DNA of 55,107 nt. Source: Octopus sinensis (lineage: Eukaryota). Made by a program: the position numbers and the translations under genes. The notes under the pieces are model-generated. The model did not search any database. It was given only the letters and a program-made list of their open reading frames with translations, and was not told where the DNA came from. Location: positions 1 to 55,107 of the forward strand of contig NW_021833763.1 of assembly GCF_006345805.1 (NCBI RefSeq). Direction: 5' to 3'. This document shows positions 12,466-26,090 of this stretch, one piece after another. Each line of letters opens with the position of its first letter. Position 1 is the first letter of the stretch.

Positions 12466-12654
12466 ATATCTATCTATATATATTATTTATTAGCTATTAC
12501 ATGTGTGGGTATGTATGTAGGTAAGCATGTGCGTATGGATAAGGCAGGGTGCATATTGTTTACCGGCCTTGTGTCCTAAACCCTACTAACAATGCTCTCA
12601 GTATCTGAGAAGATTGTTATCCTTGTTTCTTCAGCAAGAAATGCAGCAGTATTT

Positions 12655-13099
12655 GCAGTAGTGGTGGTGGTGGTGGTTGTGGTGGTGATTGTGCTTGTGT
12701 TTGTGTTGGCGACGGTGGTGATATTGGTGGTGGTGGTGCTAAGTTTTACATTCGTTATTTCTTTGCGAAATTACGTCGAAAAATAATTAATAAAGATCAA
12801 ACGAATACGTCCACCAAGGAATCTAAGTTGTTTTCGCTTTGCGAGCTTTCAGGCAGACTTTTAGTAATTGTTGTCAATGTGGTTGTTGTTGTTGTTGTTA
12901 TCACCATCTTCAATGACATTACTAACACCACCGCCATCGCCATCATAGGCAATCAGCAGCAACAACAACAACAACTACTACTACTACTAACTACTACTAC
13001 TACTACCACCACCACCACCACCACTACTACTACAACTACTGTTACTACTACTAATAATAATACCACTACTAATACTACTACTACTTCTACCACCACTAT

Positions 13100-13181
<82 letters not shown>

Positions 13182-13195
13182 GCAACCACAACTGC
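12655..13195. repeat. (GTG)n, (CAA)n, (CTA)n and (CCA)n trinucleotide field
   Basis: Direct reading; explains the poly-V and poly-T spurious ORFs. Confidence 0.9.
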
Positions 13196-14657
13196 AGCTT
13201 TATAAGACCACTAAATCTTCTTCAACAAGCAGCATGTAACGATTGTCGTTGAGCATATGTGTAATCTTGAGACAGAATTACTAATCGCTGATGTTATTAG
13301 CTGATGATATACTATGACGTAAGTCGTTCATGAGAGAAAATATAGAGAGAAACATTTTCACATATTATGAATGGAATAATCTCTCTTATAATCATATACG
13401 TTCAGGTAACGAGATATAAGAGACAAGCACACACACAGAAGCACTTTCTTGCATACGTACATGCACAAACATAGATCCGCGCACACATATACGTATACGT
13501 ATACGTAATCACACATACCGTTACTGAAACACGTGTGTACTTAGAAGCATACATTCATATATGCGAATTCATTGAAGATACACAAGTAAAATAATCTTAT
13601 AGAAATGACTCTAGTAGACTACAGATATTAGTTAATGTGTGCATGTATGTAAGTATGTATGTGTATGCAAATCACATATATCATAAATATATCTGTCAAG
13701 CTATTTATCTGTGTATGTAGATATATATATATATATATATATATACGGACATACACATACGCGCGAGCTCACACACAAATACATATATGTTGTAGTTTAA
13801 ATGGTACACTCACATGACAAAGCGGTATGTTCCAGCCACCATAAAGTCAGACAGTCAGTTGTGGTAAGAGGCTAGTAGTAGTAGTTCGTTATGAAAATTT
13901 GGCCAACGTGATTGGGATGGAGGACATAATAGAACATATAACAGATAGGTAAACAAAACGATTACAAACTATATAAAAGAACTGTAAAATGAAACTGCGA
14001 GCTTTGTGGGTGGGGAGGCTCGTAAGCCATTCCGTTTCTCCATTACAAATAACTCATTTCATATTCATCATTCATTATATGTACCCTAAATTTTGTGTTG
14101 TATGTACTTGTAATGTCCACTCTATGTTTTCAGGCTATATGCCTATAATAAAGAGATATAGAGTCATTGTACGAGTTCTCAGATGGAGTTAGCATCAGCT
14201 ACGTGATATATACATGTTCGAGTCACCGTCAAGATATACGTCTCAAAGTCTTTGTCTTGCGGAGCTGTCAGCGATAGGACGATAGACGATTCAAAGACAA
14301 TAAGACGCAGAATACCATCACAAAATAATATTGCCGACAAGAATATTATAGTGCGTTAATAACATACAAGTGGACGAGGATCCACGTTATAGCAATATAT
14401 ACACTCATACACATATACATATGCATATACAGATAAATAGATTGATAGATGTATTTTCATATATACATATATACACGAACCGGGAAGATATCTTGCGGAA
14501 CAGTCATTTTAAAGAATAACAGGTAATTATCACCCGAAGAGAAACATCTACATCGAAGGATGCTCTTACGCTAATTATTAATGTATCCCATATGTGAGGT
14601 ATTGATGCTAGATGCATCGAAACAATTGTAGTGATTATAAAATGCGTTTATATCTAC

Positions 14658-14880
14658 ATCATCATCATCATCATTGTTCGACCGTGGTCGAGACTTTCAT
14701 AGTCTTTTCAAATGGCTAATAATGTGTGCGCGCGCCACTACTACACACATTGGAAAGCATTGTACAACCAAGTCCTAAAGAAGATCTTTCCTCCTCCACG
14801 AAACAAAGCTGTTCCTGCTGGACGTCAACCCAGTATTTCTAAGCTACGGACCCAGTGATTTATTGTAAGGTTATCTCCCT
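14658..14880 (-). mobile_element. Possible decayed LINE 3' end with (ATG)n tail
   Basis: Minus strand ends CTCGACCACGGTCGAACAATGATGATGATG; faint RTE-like C-terminal residues. Confidence 0.35.
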
Positions 14881-15077
14881 AGACAGATTTCCTTCACTAC
14901 GGCTAAGGAGACCTTTCTACCCCATCTACACAGTTGGTCAGTTCTTTCAATATATCTATCCTGTATAGCTATAAACACATTTTTCTTCTTTCTTTCTTCC
15001 TTCTTTTCTTTCCTTCTCTTTTCCATTGACATTAAGCAAAAAACACATTTTTCACTTTGAAAACATTTTTCTTTCAG

Positions 15078-15104
15078 ACCCCCTGCTGAGCTGGCTGAAT
15101 CAAA
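15078..15104 (+). CDS. Candidate 27-nt microexon
   Basis: Acceptor CATTTTTCTTTCAG|, donor AAA|GTAAGC. Two frames are open (PLLSWLNQ or PPAELAES). Confidence 0.45.
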
Positions 15105-15174
15105 GTAAGCATCTGTTCTAGCCACCTACTTAAAAAAATATATTTCAAAACGCACACACACACACACAAACACC

Positions 15175-15215
<41 letters not shown>

Positions 15216-15489
15216 CGCATACACACACACACACACGCATACACACACACACACAAACACACCACTCTCTCTCACTTTCTCCCTCCACTATCTCCCCATT
15301 CCTCTCCCTCTTTTACTACCCTACATACCCCATATTACTCTTCTTTCCCCCATCTATCTGCACACCAACCCATTCACTAATACTATAAAAAGAGACAAAT
15401 CCCTTCACACAATTTAAATCTTAAGATTCTATTAGAGTAGATGAAAATATGGGATTTGTAAAAACATGACATATTAATAAACATTTGTA

Positions 15490-15680
15490 TTTTTTTCCTC
15501 TGTCTTCCCTTCTCCGGATCATTCCTTCTCCTATGTTCCCGACGAAGAGCTCCGCTCGAAACCTTTAACCCTCCTTCTTTCCTTCTTTCCTGAGCGTCCA
15601 ATAATACTTCATTTGTTTCACGTCCTCGCGTTGTTGTGTTTTTTGTGCTTTCTTGTTTGTATTAACTTTGTATATATACA
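15490..15680 (+). mobile_element. Penelope-like unit of a second family with decayed hammerhead (~15535-15575)
   Basis: CCGACGA-A-GAGC(TCC)GCTC-GAAAC; core U4 and stem III are altered. Confidence 0.55.
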
Positions 15681-15789
15681 ACCATCCAGATCTCTGAAAG
15701 CCTTATTTTTTCTAGTATATAATATCTATACATCATCTCCAAAACTTCTAATATATATATATATATATATATATAATTATAGTTGGAAT

Positions 15790-15960
15790 TTACTAAAACA
15801 ACAAACAGGTGTATTAGTTTAACGCTCGGGAAGGTGAGAAAGTCTTTTACGTTTCGAGCCTACGCTCTTCAACAGAAAGGGCCACGATAAAATAAGCAGA
15901 CAGACAATAAAAATAGAAAGCTTTAGTAGCTAGCGGCCAATCATAATGATGGCCGGACAG
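15790..15960 (-). mobile_element. Penelope-like unit with hammerhead at 15844-15879
   Basis: Minus strand reads CTTT-CTGTTGA-A-GAGC(GTAG)GCTC-GAAAC-GT-A-AAAG. Confidence 0.7.
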
Positions 15961-15989
15961 AGGTGGGCAGACAGGAGAGCTAGGAAGTA

Positions 15990-16670
15990 GGAGAGATAAG
16001 AAGGTGCTCGAGAGCATGAGTGCGTGTGGTTAGGGGCTGATGACATTGACGTGTGGGTGTCTGCATGTTTAGGTTTGTGGATGACGGTGTGAGTGCTGGG
16101 AAGTGGTCCAGTGCTAGTGTGTGCGATGTGGTGTGATGTGGTGTGGGTGCTGGGAAGTGGTCAATGCTAGTGTGTGCAAGGTGGTGCAATGTGGTATGGT
16201 GGTGTCGAGTGGTGTGGTGATGTGTGGTGTGTTGTGAGTTGTGTTCTTGTGTGATGGTATAGTGTGGTGTCGTGGTGTGGTGTGTGTAGCATGTTTTGTT
16301 GTGGGGTGGTGGTGTGTTGTGCTTGGTGTGGTGTTGGATGTGGGGGATGCGAGGGTTGGGAATGCAGGGTTGAGGAATGCAAGGGTGGGGTGTGGGTGGG
16401 GTGAGGTTGGGGGTAGGAGTGCGGTATTGAGAGTGGGGTGTGAGGGTGGGGTTGGGTGGGGATGTGGGAGTTGAATGTGCGGTTGTTGTTTGGGGATGGG
16501 ATGAGATGTAAAGGGATGGCAGGTTGGGATGTGTAGGGGTTGGGTAACGATGCAAGGGTGATGATGAAGGGAGAGGGTGGAAGGAAGCAAGAGAGGAGAG
16601 GAGATGTGGGTGTGAGTGAAGAGAGGAAGTAAGTGTGAGAGGAAAAGAGGAGAGAGGAAGGAAATTGTGC
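15990..16670. repeat. GT/G-rich low-complexity region
   Basis: Degenerate GTG/GGGT runs; source of the H/P/T-rich spurious ORFs. Confidence 0.8.
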
Positions 16671-16746
16671 CCATGTGGCGCAAAGGAACGAAGAGAGAAG
16701 ATTAATTCCTGTTCACAACATACATACATACATACATACATACATG

Positions 16747-16778
<32 letters not shown>

Positions 16779-16788
16779 CATACATACA

Positions 16789-17195
16789 CAGAAGTGGCTG
16801 TGTGGTAAGTAGCTTGCTTAGCAATCATATGGCTCCAGGTTCAGTCCCACTGCATGACACCTTGGGCAAGTGTCTTCTACTATAGCCTCGGGTCGACCAA
16901 AGTCTTGTGAGTGGATTTGGTAGACGGAAACTGAAAGAAGCCCGTCGTATATATATGTGTGTGTGCGTATGCGTGTGTGTGTATATGATTGTGTTTCTGC
17001 GTTTGTCCCACACCATCGTTTGACAATCGATGTTGGTGTGTTTACTTCCCCGTAACTTAGCGGTTCGGCAAATAAGACCGACAGTATAACTAAAGAGCTT
17101 ACGAAGAAAAGGTCCAGGGGGCGATTTGTTCGACTAAAGGCGGTGTTCCAGCATGACTGCAATCAAGATGGCTGAAACAAATGAAAGATTAAAAG
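16789..17195 (+). mobile_element. SINE family A
   Basis: Matches 34033-34448 from head to tail. Confidence 0.9.
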
Positions 17196-17228
17196 GATAT
17201 GTGTGCGTGTGTGTATATATATATATAT

Positions 17229-17640
17229 AAAGTACCAGTTACGCACTGAGGTCGATATAATCGACTTAATCCGTTTGTCTGTCCTTGTTTGTCCTCTCTA
17301 TGTTTAGCCCCTTGTAGGTAGTGAAGAAATAGGTATTTCGTCTGCCGCTATGTTCTCAGTTCAAATTCCGCCAACGTTGACTTTGCCTTTCATCCTTTCG
17401 GGGTCGATTAAATAAGTACTAGCTATGCACTGAGGTCGATATAATCGACTTAATCCGTTTGTCTGTCCTTGTTTGTACTCTCTGTGTTTAGCCCCTTGTG
17501 GATAGTAAAAAAATAGGTATTTCGTCTGCCGCTACGTTGTGAGTTCAAATTCCGCCGAGGTTGACATTGCCTTTCATCTGTTTGTCTGTCTTTGATTGTC
17601 CCCTCTGTGTGTAGCTCCTTGTGGGCAGTAAAGAAATATA
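17229..17640 (+). mobile_element. SINE family B, headless tandem ~183-bp units
   Basis: Repeated GAGTTCAAATTCCGCC...TTTGCCTTTCATCCTTTCGGGGTCGAT...AAAGAAATAGGTATTTCGTCTG. Confidence 0.85.
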
Positions 17641-18620
17641 AACAAACTGACGTATTTGGCATTGTACAAAATACATCAGCGCCATCTATTGCTAAACTAA
17701 ATAATGAACTTTCTCATCGTTTGTTTTATCGCTGTTATTTCTTTAATTTTGAATCAAGACTGATTTCATTTGAAACAAATTTTATAATACGGCCTATATC
17801 TAGCCGAAAGTATCGTTATAATCTGGCGCATGCGCATAACTCAAAATCATGACGTGTTAGTACCGATTCGGAATTATCTTCCTCGATTTAGTCTAAAACA
17901 CTTGCTTTTGCCTCAATAGTAAAATCTTAGTTGTCCAGTGTAATTGATATAGTTTCAATGCTGATTTGTGACCAGAGGCTTCCACATTTTACGGGGAATC
18001 CTGAAATTGGACACACTGGCGTAAGTGTTTATATATAAGTACATCGACGTGCGTATACAGTAAATAAACGAAAACTGCTATGCTTGGTGTATGTGTGTGT
18101 ATGACTTTTGCGGGGACAGAGTCATGTTGACTACGTGGTAAAGTGTCAGTTGGTATCAAGTTTCATGTTGATCAACGCAGAAATCTATCTCTTGTCATCC
18201 TACACTATTTTTACGTTGCACAACGCTCTTTGAACTTCTGACTAGTTCATCATTCTCCAGCTTAGTTCTAGGACAAGCCTATCTAGCATAATCATACAGC
18301 AGCGAATTGTGATATATTCAACGGGAACTGAAAGCGGATTAACTCTCTGAACTAAACAGGAAATAAACAGGGTAATAAATTCTACTAGTTAAAATAGTGA
18401 CTAATATATTTACTAACGTTATTGCATAGTTCTGACAACACAGACCACACACAATATATTATATACGCATACACCCACCCACTCACCGCGCTCGCGCACA
18501 CACGCACACATACACTCACACACACACCATACACGCATACACACGGACAATACACACATACACACATACACATATATATAATTAATATTTTGAATAATAT
18601 ATTTTGTAAATATGTGCATA

Positions 18621-18945
18621 GGCGCAGGAGTGGCTGAGTGGTAAGTAGCTTGCTTTCCAACCACATGATTCCGGGTTCAGTCCTACAGTGTGACACGTTG
18701 GGCAAGTGTCTTCTACTAAATCCTTGTGAATGGATTTGGTTTACAGAAACTGAAAGAAGCCCGTCGTATACACACACACACACACACTCATATATATATA
18801 TATGTATGTGTGTGTGAGAGAGAGTTTTCCCCACCCCGACAGCGCTTAACAACGGATTGTGGTGTGTTCACTAAGCGGCTTGGTAAAAGAGACCGATAGA
18901 ATAAATACTAGTCGTACAAAGAATAAGTCCCGGGGTTCGATTTGC
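18621..18945 (+). mobile_element. SINE family A, 3' truncated
   Basis: Head GGCGCAGGAGTGGCTGAGTGGTAAGTAGCTTGC; ends where a family C copy begins. Confidence 0.85.
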
Positions 18946-19241
18946 TGAGCACTCTACAGACACGTGTTCCCTTAACGTAGTTCTCAGGGAGATTCAGTGT
19001 GACACAAAGTATGACAATGCTGGCCCTTTGAAATACAGGTACAACAAAAAACAGGAAGAAAGAGTGAGAGAAAGTTGTGGTGAAAGAGTACAGCAAGGTT
19101 CGCTACCAGCCCCTGCCGGAGCCTCGCCGAGCTTTAGGTGCTTTCACTCAATAAACACTGACAACGCCCGGTCTGGGAATCGAAACCGTGTTCCTACGAC
19201 CACGAGTCCGCTGCTCTAACCACTGGGCCATTGCACCTCCA
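18946..19241 (-). mobile_element. tRNA-derived SINE family C
   Basis: Reverse complement of 34758-35132. Confidence 0.85.
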
Positions 19242-19624
19242 CACATATATGTAGATTCCATGCACTCAGAAACAAAATTTTACTGACTCTCAGAATAACT
19301 GAGCGGATAGTTGTAATTCAAGAGAATAGATCGCAGTTCTAGATTTATTTTAGCCATTCTCTAGTGGTGACATTAAACAGAACTTAGAGAGCCTAGCTTG
19401 CGTAGTATGTCATGCAGCGATGACAGCAATACTACGTTAAAACAATTGCGTTCTATTCTTGAAATGAAACGGATCAACAGGATGTTATTTTTCAAAAGCT
19501 GGTAGAAACGTTTGCACACCGGGCGAAATGTTTAGCCTTTTCCCACAAAATTTCGGGCCTTGGGCCTAGAGTAGAAACGAAATGCTTATCTGTATTTCGT
19601 CTGTCTTTAAGTTCTAAGTTCAAA

Positions 19625-20400
19625 TTCTTATTTCTTTACTGCCCACAAAGGGGGACAAACAAGGACAGACAAACGGATTAAGTCGATTACATCGACCCCA
19701 GTGCGTAACTGGTACTTATTTAATCGACCCCGAAAAGACGAAAGGCAAAACCGACCACGGCGGAATTTGAACTCAGAACGTAGCGGCAGACGAAATACCG
19801 CTTAGTTCTGAGTTCAAATTCTGCCGAGGTAAACTTTTATCTTTCATCCTTTGGGGGTCAATAAATTAAGTAGCAGTTTCGTACTGGAGTCGATGTAAAT
19901 TTTGGGCTTTGTGCCTAGAGTAGAAAAACAAATAAGTGAAGATCTATTGTGTTATGTTTTTAAAATGAAGTGGATCAATGGAAAGTTATTTTTCAAAGGC
20001 GGCGATCTGGCAAAAACGTTAGTACTCCGAGCGAAATGCTTAGCCGTATTTTGTCTGCCGTTACGTTGTGAGTTCAAATTCCGCTGAGGACGACTTTGCC
20101 TTTCATCCTTTCGGGGTCGATTAAATAAGTACCACTTACGCACTGGGGTCGATATTTTCGACTTAATCCGTTTGTCTGTCCTTGTTTGTCCTCTCTGTGT
20201 TTATCCCATTGTTGGTAGTAAAGAAATAGGTATTTCGTCTGTCTTTATGCTCTGAGTTCAAAATCCGCCCAAGTCGACATTGCCTTTCATCTTTTCGGGG
20301 TCGATAAATTTAGTACCAGTGGCGTATTAGGTCGATCTAGTCAATGCCCCCCCTTCCCACACACACACTCTCCAAACATTTCGAGCATTGTGTCTAGAGA
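19625..20400. mobile_element. Cluster of SINE family B copies (19625-19800 minus; 19800-19930 and 20001-20400 plus)
   Basis: Family B motifs in both orientations; 20001-20400 is head + long unit + short unit. Confidence 0.8.
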
Positions 20401-20947
20401 AGAAAAGGAATGTTATTTTTCTATTTCTCCAGTCACTACATTTTTCACCACACACGCATACACACACAAACAAATGATCTAAGTCATCATATTTGCTAAG
20501 AGTTACATATATTTAGTCATCATATTTGCTAGGAGTTACATATATTAAGGCGATGCCCCAGCATGGCCACAGTCAAATGACTGAAACGTGTAAAAGAATA
20601 TTCATGATAACGGTTTGACTCAGCTCTCCATGACTTAAAGTTTCGTGGGTGCGTAGGACAAGACTTTCTCATCAGATACTTAGAGTAGAGTATCGGATCA
20701 GACAGAAGTGACCAATGCGCCTAAGAAATTGTTATGTTAAGTGGAGCTAAGTAATACATTAATTAAATAGCTGTATGAATGCAAGTTAGTGTGTGATGGA
20801 TAGATAGGAATACCTCCCACACACATGTGCATGTGTGTGCACGTGAGAGATGTGTCGCTTGCATATATGCGGACTTCCATCAAAAAGCATATATGCATAT
20901 TTGGACGGATGAGGGGACGAACAGTATCTTTGTATATGTATGTATAA

Positions 20948-21271
20948 GGAGCACTCCGTCGGTTACGACGACGAGGGTCCCAGCTGATACGATCAACGGA
21001 ATAGCTTGCTCGTGAAATTAACGTGCAAGTGGTTGAGCATTCCACAGACACGCGTACCCTTAACGTAGTTCTCAACGAGATTCAGCGGGACGCAGAGTGC
21101 GGCAAGGCTGATCCTTTGAAGTACAGGTACTACTCATTTTTGCCAGCTGAGTGGATTGGAGCAACGTGAAATAAAGTGTTTTGCTCAATGACAGAATGCG
21201 TCGCTAGGAATTGAACTCATGAAGTTACGATCGTGAGACGAATGCTCTAACCACTAAGCCACGCGCCTTCA
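20948..21271 (-). mobile_element. SINE with a family C 3' half and a different 5' body
   Basis: Tail CCCTCGTCGTCGTAACCGACGGAGTGC as in family C, but the body contains GTTGCTCCAATCCACTCAGCTGGCAAAAATGAG. Confidence 0.75.
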
Positions 21272-21310
21272 CATATGTATGTAAACTTAGTCATATTCAT
21301 ATACATATAC

Positions 21311-21722
21311 CTATTTCTTTATTACCCACAAGGGGCTAAACAAAGAGGGGACAAACAAGGACAGACATAGGTATTAAGTCGATTACATCGACCCCAGTGC
21401 GTAACTGGTACTTAATTTATCGACCCCGAAAGGATGAAAGGCAAAGTCGACCTCGGCGGAATTTGAACTCACAACGTAACGCAGACGAAATACCTATTTC
21501 TTTATTACCCACAAGGGGCTAAACAAAGAGGGGACAGACAAGGACAGACATAGGTATTAAGTCGATTACATCGACCCCAGTGCGTAACTGGTACTTAATT
21601 TATCGACCCCGAAAGGATGAAAGGCAAAGTCGACCTCGGCGGAATTTGAACTCACAACGTAACGCAGACGAAATACCGCTAAGCATCTCTCCCGGCGTGT
21701 TAACGTTTCTGCCAGCTTGCCG
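21311..21722 (-). mobile_element. SINE family B, head + 2 long units
   Basis: Two near-identical units at 21311-21490 and 21492-21675, then the head. Confidence 0.9.
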
Positions 21723-21858
21723 TCTATTCATATACATATACCAATGCTCTATAACCTTTTTCCATTTGAGGCAAAATTCGGCGGCTCACCTGAACTAAAA
21801 ATATAAGGGAAAAAAATAATATTCAAGTTACATTGCGGCACACATAGCACCGTCTCTA

Positions 21859-21941
<83 letters not shown>

Positions 21942-21944
21942 CAT

Positions 21945-22160
21945 TATGGTGTGTGTGTATGTTTGTGTATCTCTGTCCCCTACCATCACTTGAGAACCGA
22001 TGGTGGTGTGTTTGTGTCCCCATTACTTAGTGGTTCGGCAAAAGAGACAATAGAACAGTTACTAGGTTTACAAAGAATACATCCTGGGGTCGCTTTGTTC
22101 GACTAAAGGCGGTGCTCCAGCATGGCCGCAGATGGGAACAAGTACAAGAATAAAAGAATA
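21945..22160 (+). mobile_element. SINE family A, 3' half
   Basis: CTAAAGGCGGTGCTCCAGCATGGCCGCAG tail. Confidence 0.8.
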
Positions 22161-22188
22161 TATATATATATATATATAAACATCGTGG

Positions 22189-22535
22189 CAATGCGTCGGT
22201 AACGACGACGAGGGTTCCAGTTGAAAATAAACGTCTAAATGGCTGAGCATTCCACAGATACGTGTACTCTTAACGTAGTTCTCGGGGAGATTCATCGTGA
22301 TACAGAGTGTGACAAGGCTGGCCATTTGAAATACAGGTACAACAGAAACAGGAAGAAAAAGTGATAGAAAGTTGTAGTGAAAGAGTACAGTAGGGTTCGC
22401 CACCTCCCCTGCCGGAGCCTCACCGAACATCAGGAGTTTTCACTCAATAAAAAACTCACAATGCCCGCTCTGGGCATCGAAACTGACATCCTACGACCGC
22501 GAGTCCACTGCCCTAACCACTGCGCCATTGGGCTT
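22189..22535 (-). mobile_element. SINE family C
   Basis: Reverse complement of 34758-35132. Confidence 0.85.
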
Positions 22536-22900
22536 GCAATATGTTACTATAAACATACATACATACATACGTACATACATACATATTGTTTTATAAGCAA
22601 GGTTAGGCAAATAATTTAGCGCGTTATAGATTACGTAATTCGATGTTCCTTCATTTGCTGGTCATGTGATACTCTTATCAAGATTGCTGCGAGTCTGCTA
22701 AAATCCCTTAGGTATTTAACTACGAAATTTGATCAAATTTTAACTATTTCTAATAATGTTATGTTTTGGTGCGCTTTTAATCTTCTTCCCCACACGCTGA
22801 GCTTCTGTACACATACATACATACATATACACATACATACATACGTACATATATACATACATACACACACACACGCACACACACAACACATATACATATA

Positions 22901-23275
22901 TTAGCACGCCGGGCAAAATTCTTAGCGGCATTTCGTCTGCCGTTACGTTCTGAGTTCAAATTCCGCCGAGGTCGACTTTGCCTTTCATCCTTTCGGGGTC
23001 GATTAAAGAAGTACCAGTTACGCACTGGGGGTCAATATAATCGACTTAATCCGTTTGTCTGTCCTTGTTTGTCCCCTCTGTGTTTAGCCCCTTGTGGGTA
23101 GTAAAGAAATAAAAATAGGTATTTCGTCTGTCTTTATGTTCTGAGTTCAAATGTTCAAATTCCGCTGAGGTCCACTTGCCTTTTGGTGTTCGAAAAATTA
23201 AGTACCAGTTGCGCTTTGGGTCGATTTAATCGAATAGTCCCCTCCCCCCAAATTCGGGCCTGTGTGCGTAATGTG
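22901..23275 (+). mobile_element. SINE family B, long + short unit
   Basis: Family B motifs. Confidence 0.85.
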
Positions 23276-23280
23276 GAAAA

Positions 23281-23334
<54 letters not shown>

Positions 23335-23638
23335 TGATATGACACACACATATATATATATATATTATATAATATATAGATATATATATTATATATATGT
23401 TATATATAAATGTATTGTATATATACTTATATATATAGGGTTCAGCAGAGATTTGCTTCATCACATACCGGAGTTTAGAAATAGCAGTAAAAAAAATCTT
23501 AGCTATTTCTTCTACTTTAAAAGGGGCTCCCAGAAAAACCAAAGTTCTTGAAAACAAGTCTTTTTCATGCCGAATTCTACTTAGTGAAATTACTGATTAC
23601 TTCTTAATTAATTAATTTTACCCTTTGTTATTATATGC

Positions 23639-23671
<33 letters not shown>

Positions 23672-23761
23672 CACACACACACTAACATATGGTAATGTCA
23701 ACCTATACTTCTGAGACATATGCACACCTCTGTCAGTCTATCTATCTATCTATTTATCTAT

Positions 23762-23815
<54 letters not shown>

Positions 23816-24205
23816 GTCTGTCTGTCTGTCTGACTGTCTTTCTGTCTCTCTGTCTGTGTGTTTGTCTGTCTGCCTAACTTATGTCTGTCTCTGGATATCT
23901 ATATCTGCATATCATTACCACCGAAATACAGCTTATCTAACACATTCGAACATGGATATGCACAGACATATATATGTATATGTGTATGTGTATGTATGTG
24001 TGTGTGTGCGTATGAGAGGGCGTGTGCATGTGAGTGTGTTTGTGTGTGTGCGTCTGTGTGCTCGCTTGAGAGACGTGTGTGCCTGTGTGTGCGTATTTTT
24101 TAAGGTGTTTCACTGTATCGACCCGACTTTTGGATGTTGTTATAGATCGCTGGTGACACCATCTCTTTTAATTTTTTCTTCATAGTGCCATTCTATCCCA
24201 TCTGC

Positions 24206-24432
24206 GGCGAGCTGGCAGAGACGTTAGCACGCCGGGCGAAATGCGTAGCCGTATTTCGCCTGTCGTTACGTTCTGAGTTCAAATTCCACCGAGGTCGACT
24301 TTGCCTTTCATCCTTTCGGGGTCGATAAATTAAGTACCAGTTTCCCTCTGGGGTCGATGTAATCGACTTAATCCCTTTGTCTGTTCTTGTTTGTCCACTC
24401 TATGTTTAGCCCCTTGTGGGCAATAATGAAAT
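24206..24432 (+). mobile_element. SINE family B monomer
   Basis: Head GCGGCGAGCTGGCAGAGACGTTAGCACGCCGGGCGAAATG plus one unit. Confidence 0.9.
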
Positions 24433-24619
24433 ACATTCTGTCCCATCTTGGCTCAATTCGTGTAAGTAAACTATCTTCCGCCAAACAGCTCCAAGCGCGA
24501 TGTGGCCAAAATAAACACCGCAGTGAATACGTGCCTATATATGTATGAACGTTCGTATATGTAAGTATAACGTATGTTCTGTATATATATGTATCTGTAT
24601 TTATGTGCTTATCTGGTAT

Positions 24620-24678
24620 ATTCAGCTGACGAAGGCAGAGCTTCTCTGATGCAAAGTCAGAAATCCAGGATCTTGAAT
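24620..24678 (+). ncRNA. Type I hammerhead motif in the left arm of inverted pair 24612-24810
   Basis: ATTCAG-CTGACGA-AGGC...GTCA-GAA-ATCC(A)GGAT-C-TTGAAT. Confidence 0.65.
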
Positions 24679-24818
24679 TACCCACAAAAATCTTTTTTGC
24701 TAGTTTATTTTGTCTCTCTGTCTTCTCTCCTGGCGCGATATGAACTTCTAAGGTGACTTTAGGGTAAGGGTTTTGACTGCTAACTGCTATTTCAGCATGG
24801 TGGTATCTCTCAGATACC

Positions 24819-24859
<41 letters not shown>

Positions 24860-25074
24860 CGTTATAATTTATATATATAAATCGATATTTAAAATACTAA
24901 TCTCACCAGGTGGCCAGCATGGGAATAAAAGCCTTATAATTTAGGGTAAGTAAGAGATACCTCCACGCTGGAAATAGCAGTCAAAACTTCATTCTAAAAT
25001 CACAGTAAATGTTCATACAGCACCAGGAGAGAAGGCAAAGAGACAAAATAAACTAGCAAAAAACTTACTGGATA

Positions 25075-25133
25075 ATTCCAGATCCCGGATTTCTGGCTGT
25101 GCATAAGAAATGCTCTGCCTTCATCAGTGGAAT
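25075..25133 (-). ncRNA. Type I hammerhead motif in the right arm of inverted pair 24950-25140
   Basis: ATTCCA-CTGATGA-A-GGC-AGA-GCAT(TTCTT)ATGC-ACA-GCC-A-GAA-ATCC(G)GGAT-C-TGGAAT. Confidence 0.7.
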
Positions 25134-25647
25134 ACACTCATGTAGCACATAAATACATATATATATATATATATTCAACATACGATATACTTACATATGC
25201 GGACGTATATACATACATATATATGCACGTATGCACACGACCATATAAGTATGTATATGCGTTATGTACATAAACACTAACATCCTCTGTCATATACCTT
25301 GTGCGATATCTTTTGAATAAGCTAAACATCACATTTTTAGTTCCTTTATTACTTCCGCTCCATTTTTAAAACTGACGAAGCAGTCACATTTGCTTTAAAT
25401 TATTCTTTTCCTGCCGTTTGTTTTCTTCTCTCCTCTCTCATTCTTTATTTTAAATCTCTTTCGAATCCCTATAAATAATTAATAAATCTCAAATTGAAAA
25501 GAAACTTTTTCTCTCCCTCATTTCAAACTAAAACATTAAAAAAATATTTTTAACTGTTGTACACGCACGCACACACACACATATATATGTCTGTATGCAT
25601 ATGTATGTATATATTTATATACATATGTGCATACATACATATATACA

Positions 25648-26067
25648 TTCTTTTATTCTTTTACATGTGTCAGTCACTTTGACTGCGGCCATGCTGGAAT
25701 ATCACCTTGAAGGGTTTTAGTCGAACGAATCAACCCCGAGACTTATTATTAAGCCTAGTGCTTACTGTTTGGATCTTTTGTTGAACCGCTAAGTTACGGG
25801 GACGTAAACACACCAATACCGGTTTTCAAGTGGTGACAAATACAGACACAAAGGCACACAAAAACGCACATATAGATACACACACACACACGCATACACA
25901 CGCAAATATATAACGAGCTTCTTTCAGTTTCCGTCTACCAAATCCACTCACAAGACTTTAGTCGGCCCGAGGATATAGTAGAAAACACCTGGCCAAGGTG
26001 CCACGCAGTGGGACTGAACCCTGAACGATGGGCTAGGAAGCCATATTCATACCACACAGCCACACCT
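25648..26067 (-). mobile_element. SINE family A
   Basis: Family A motifs, minus strand. Confidence 0.85.
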
Positions 26068-26090
26068 AACAATATAATTTCCTCACCATA

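Noticed and set aside
16380-16560. G-quadruplex potential; likewise triplex potential at 54871-55107
   Set aside because: Generic properties of low-complexity tracts with no locus-specific evidence.
25374-25405. CTGACGA-AGCA...TGCT motif
   Set aside because: No GAAA follows, so it is at best a remnant.
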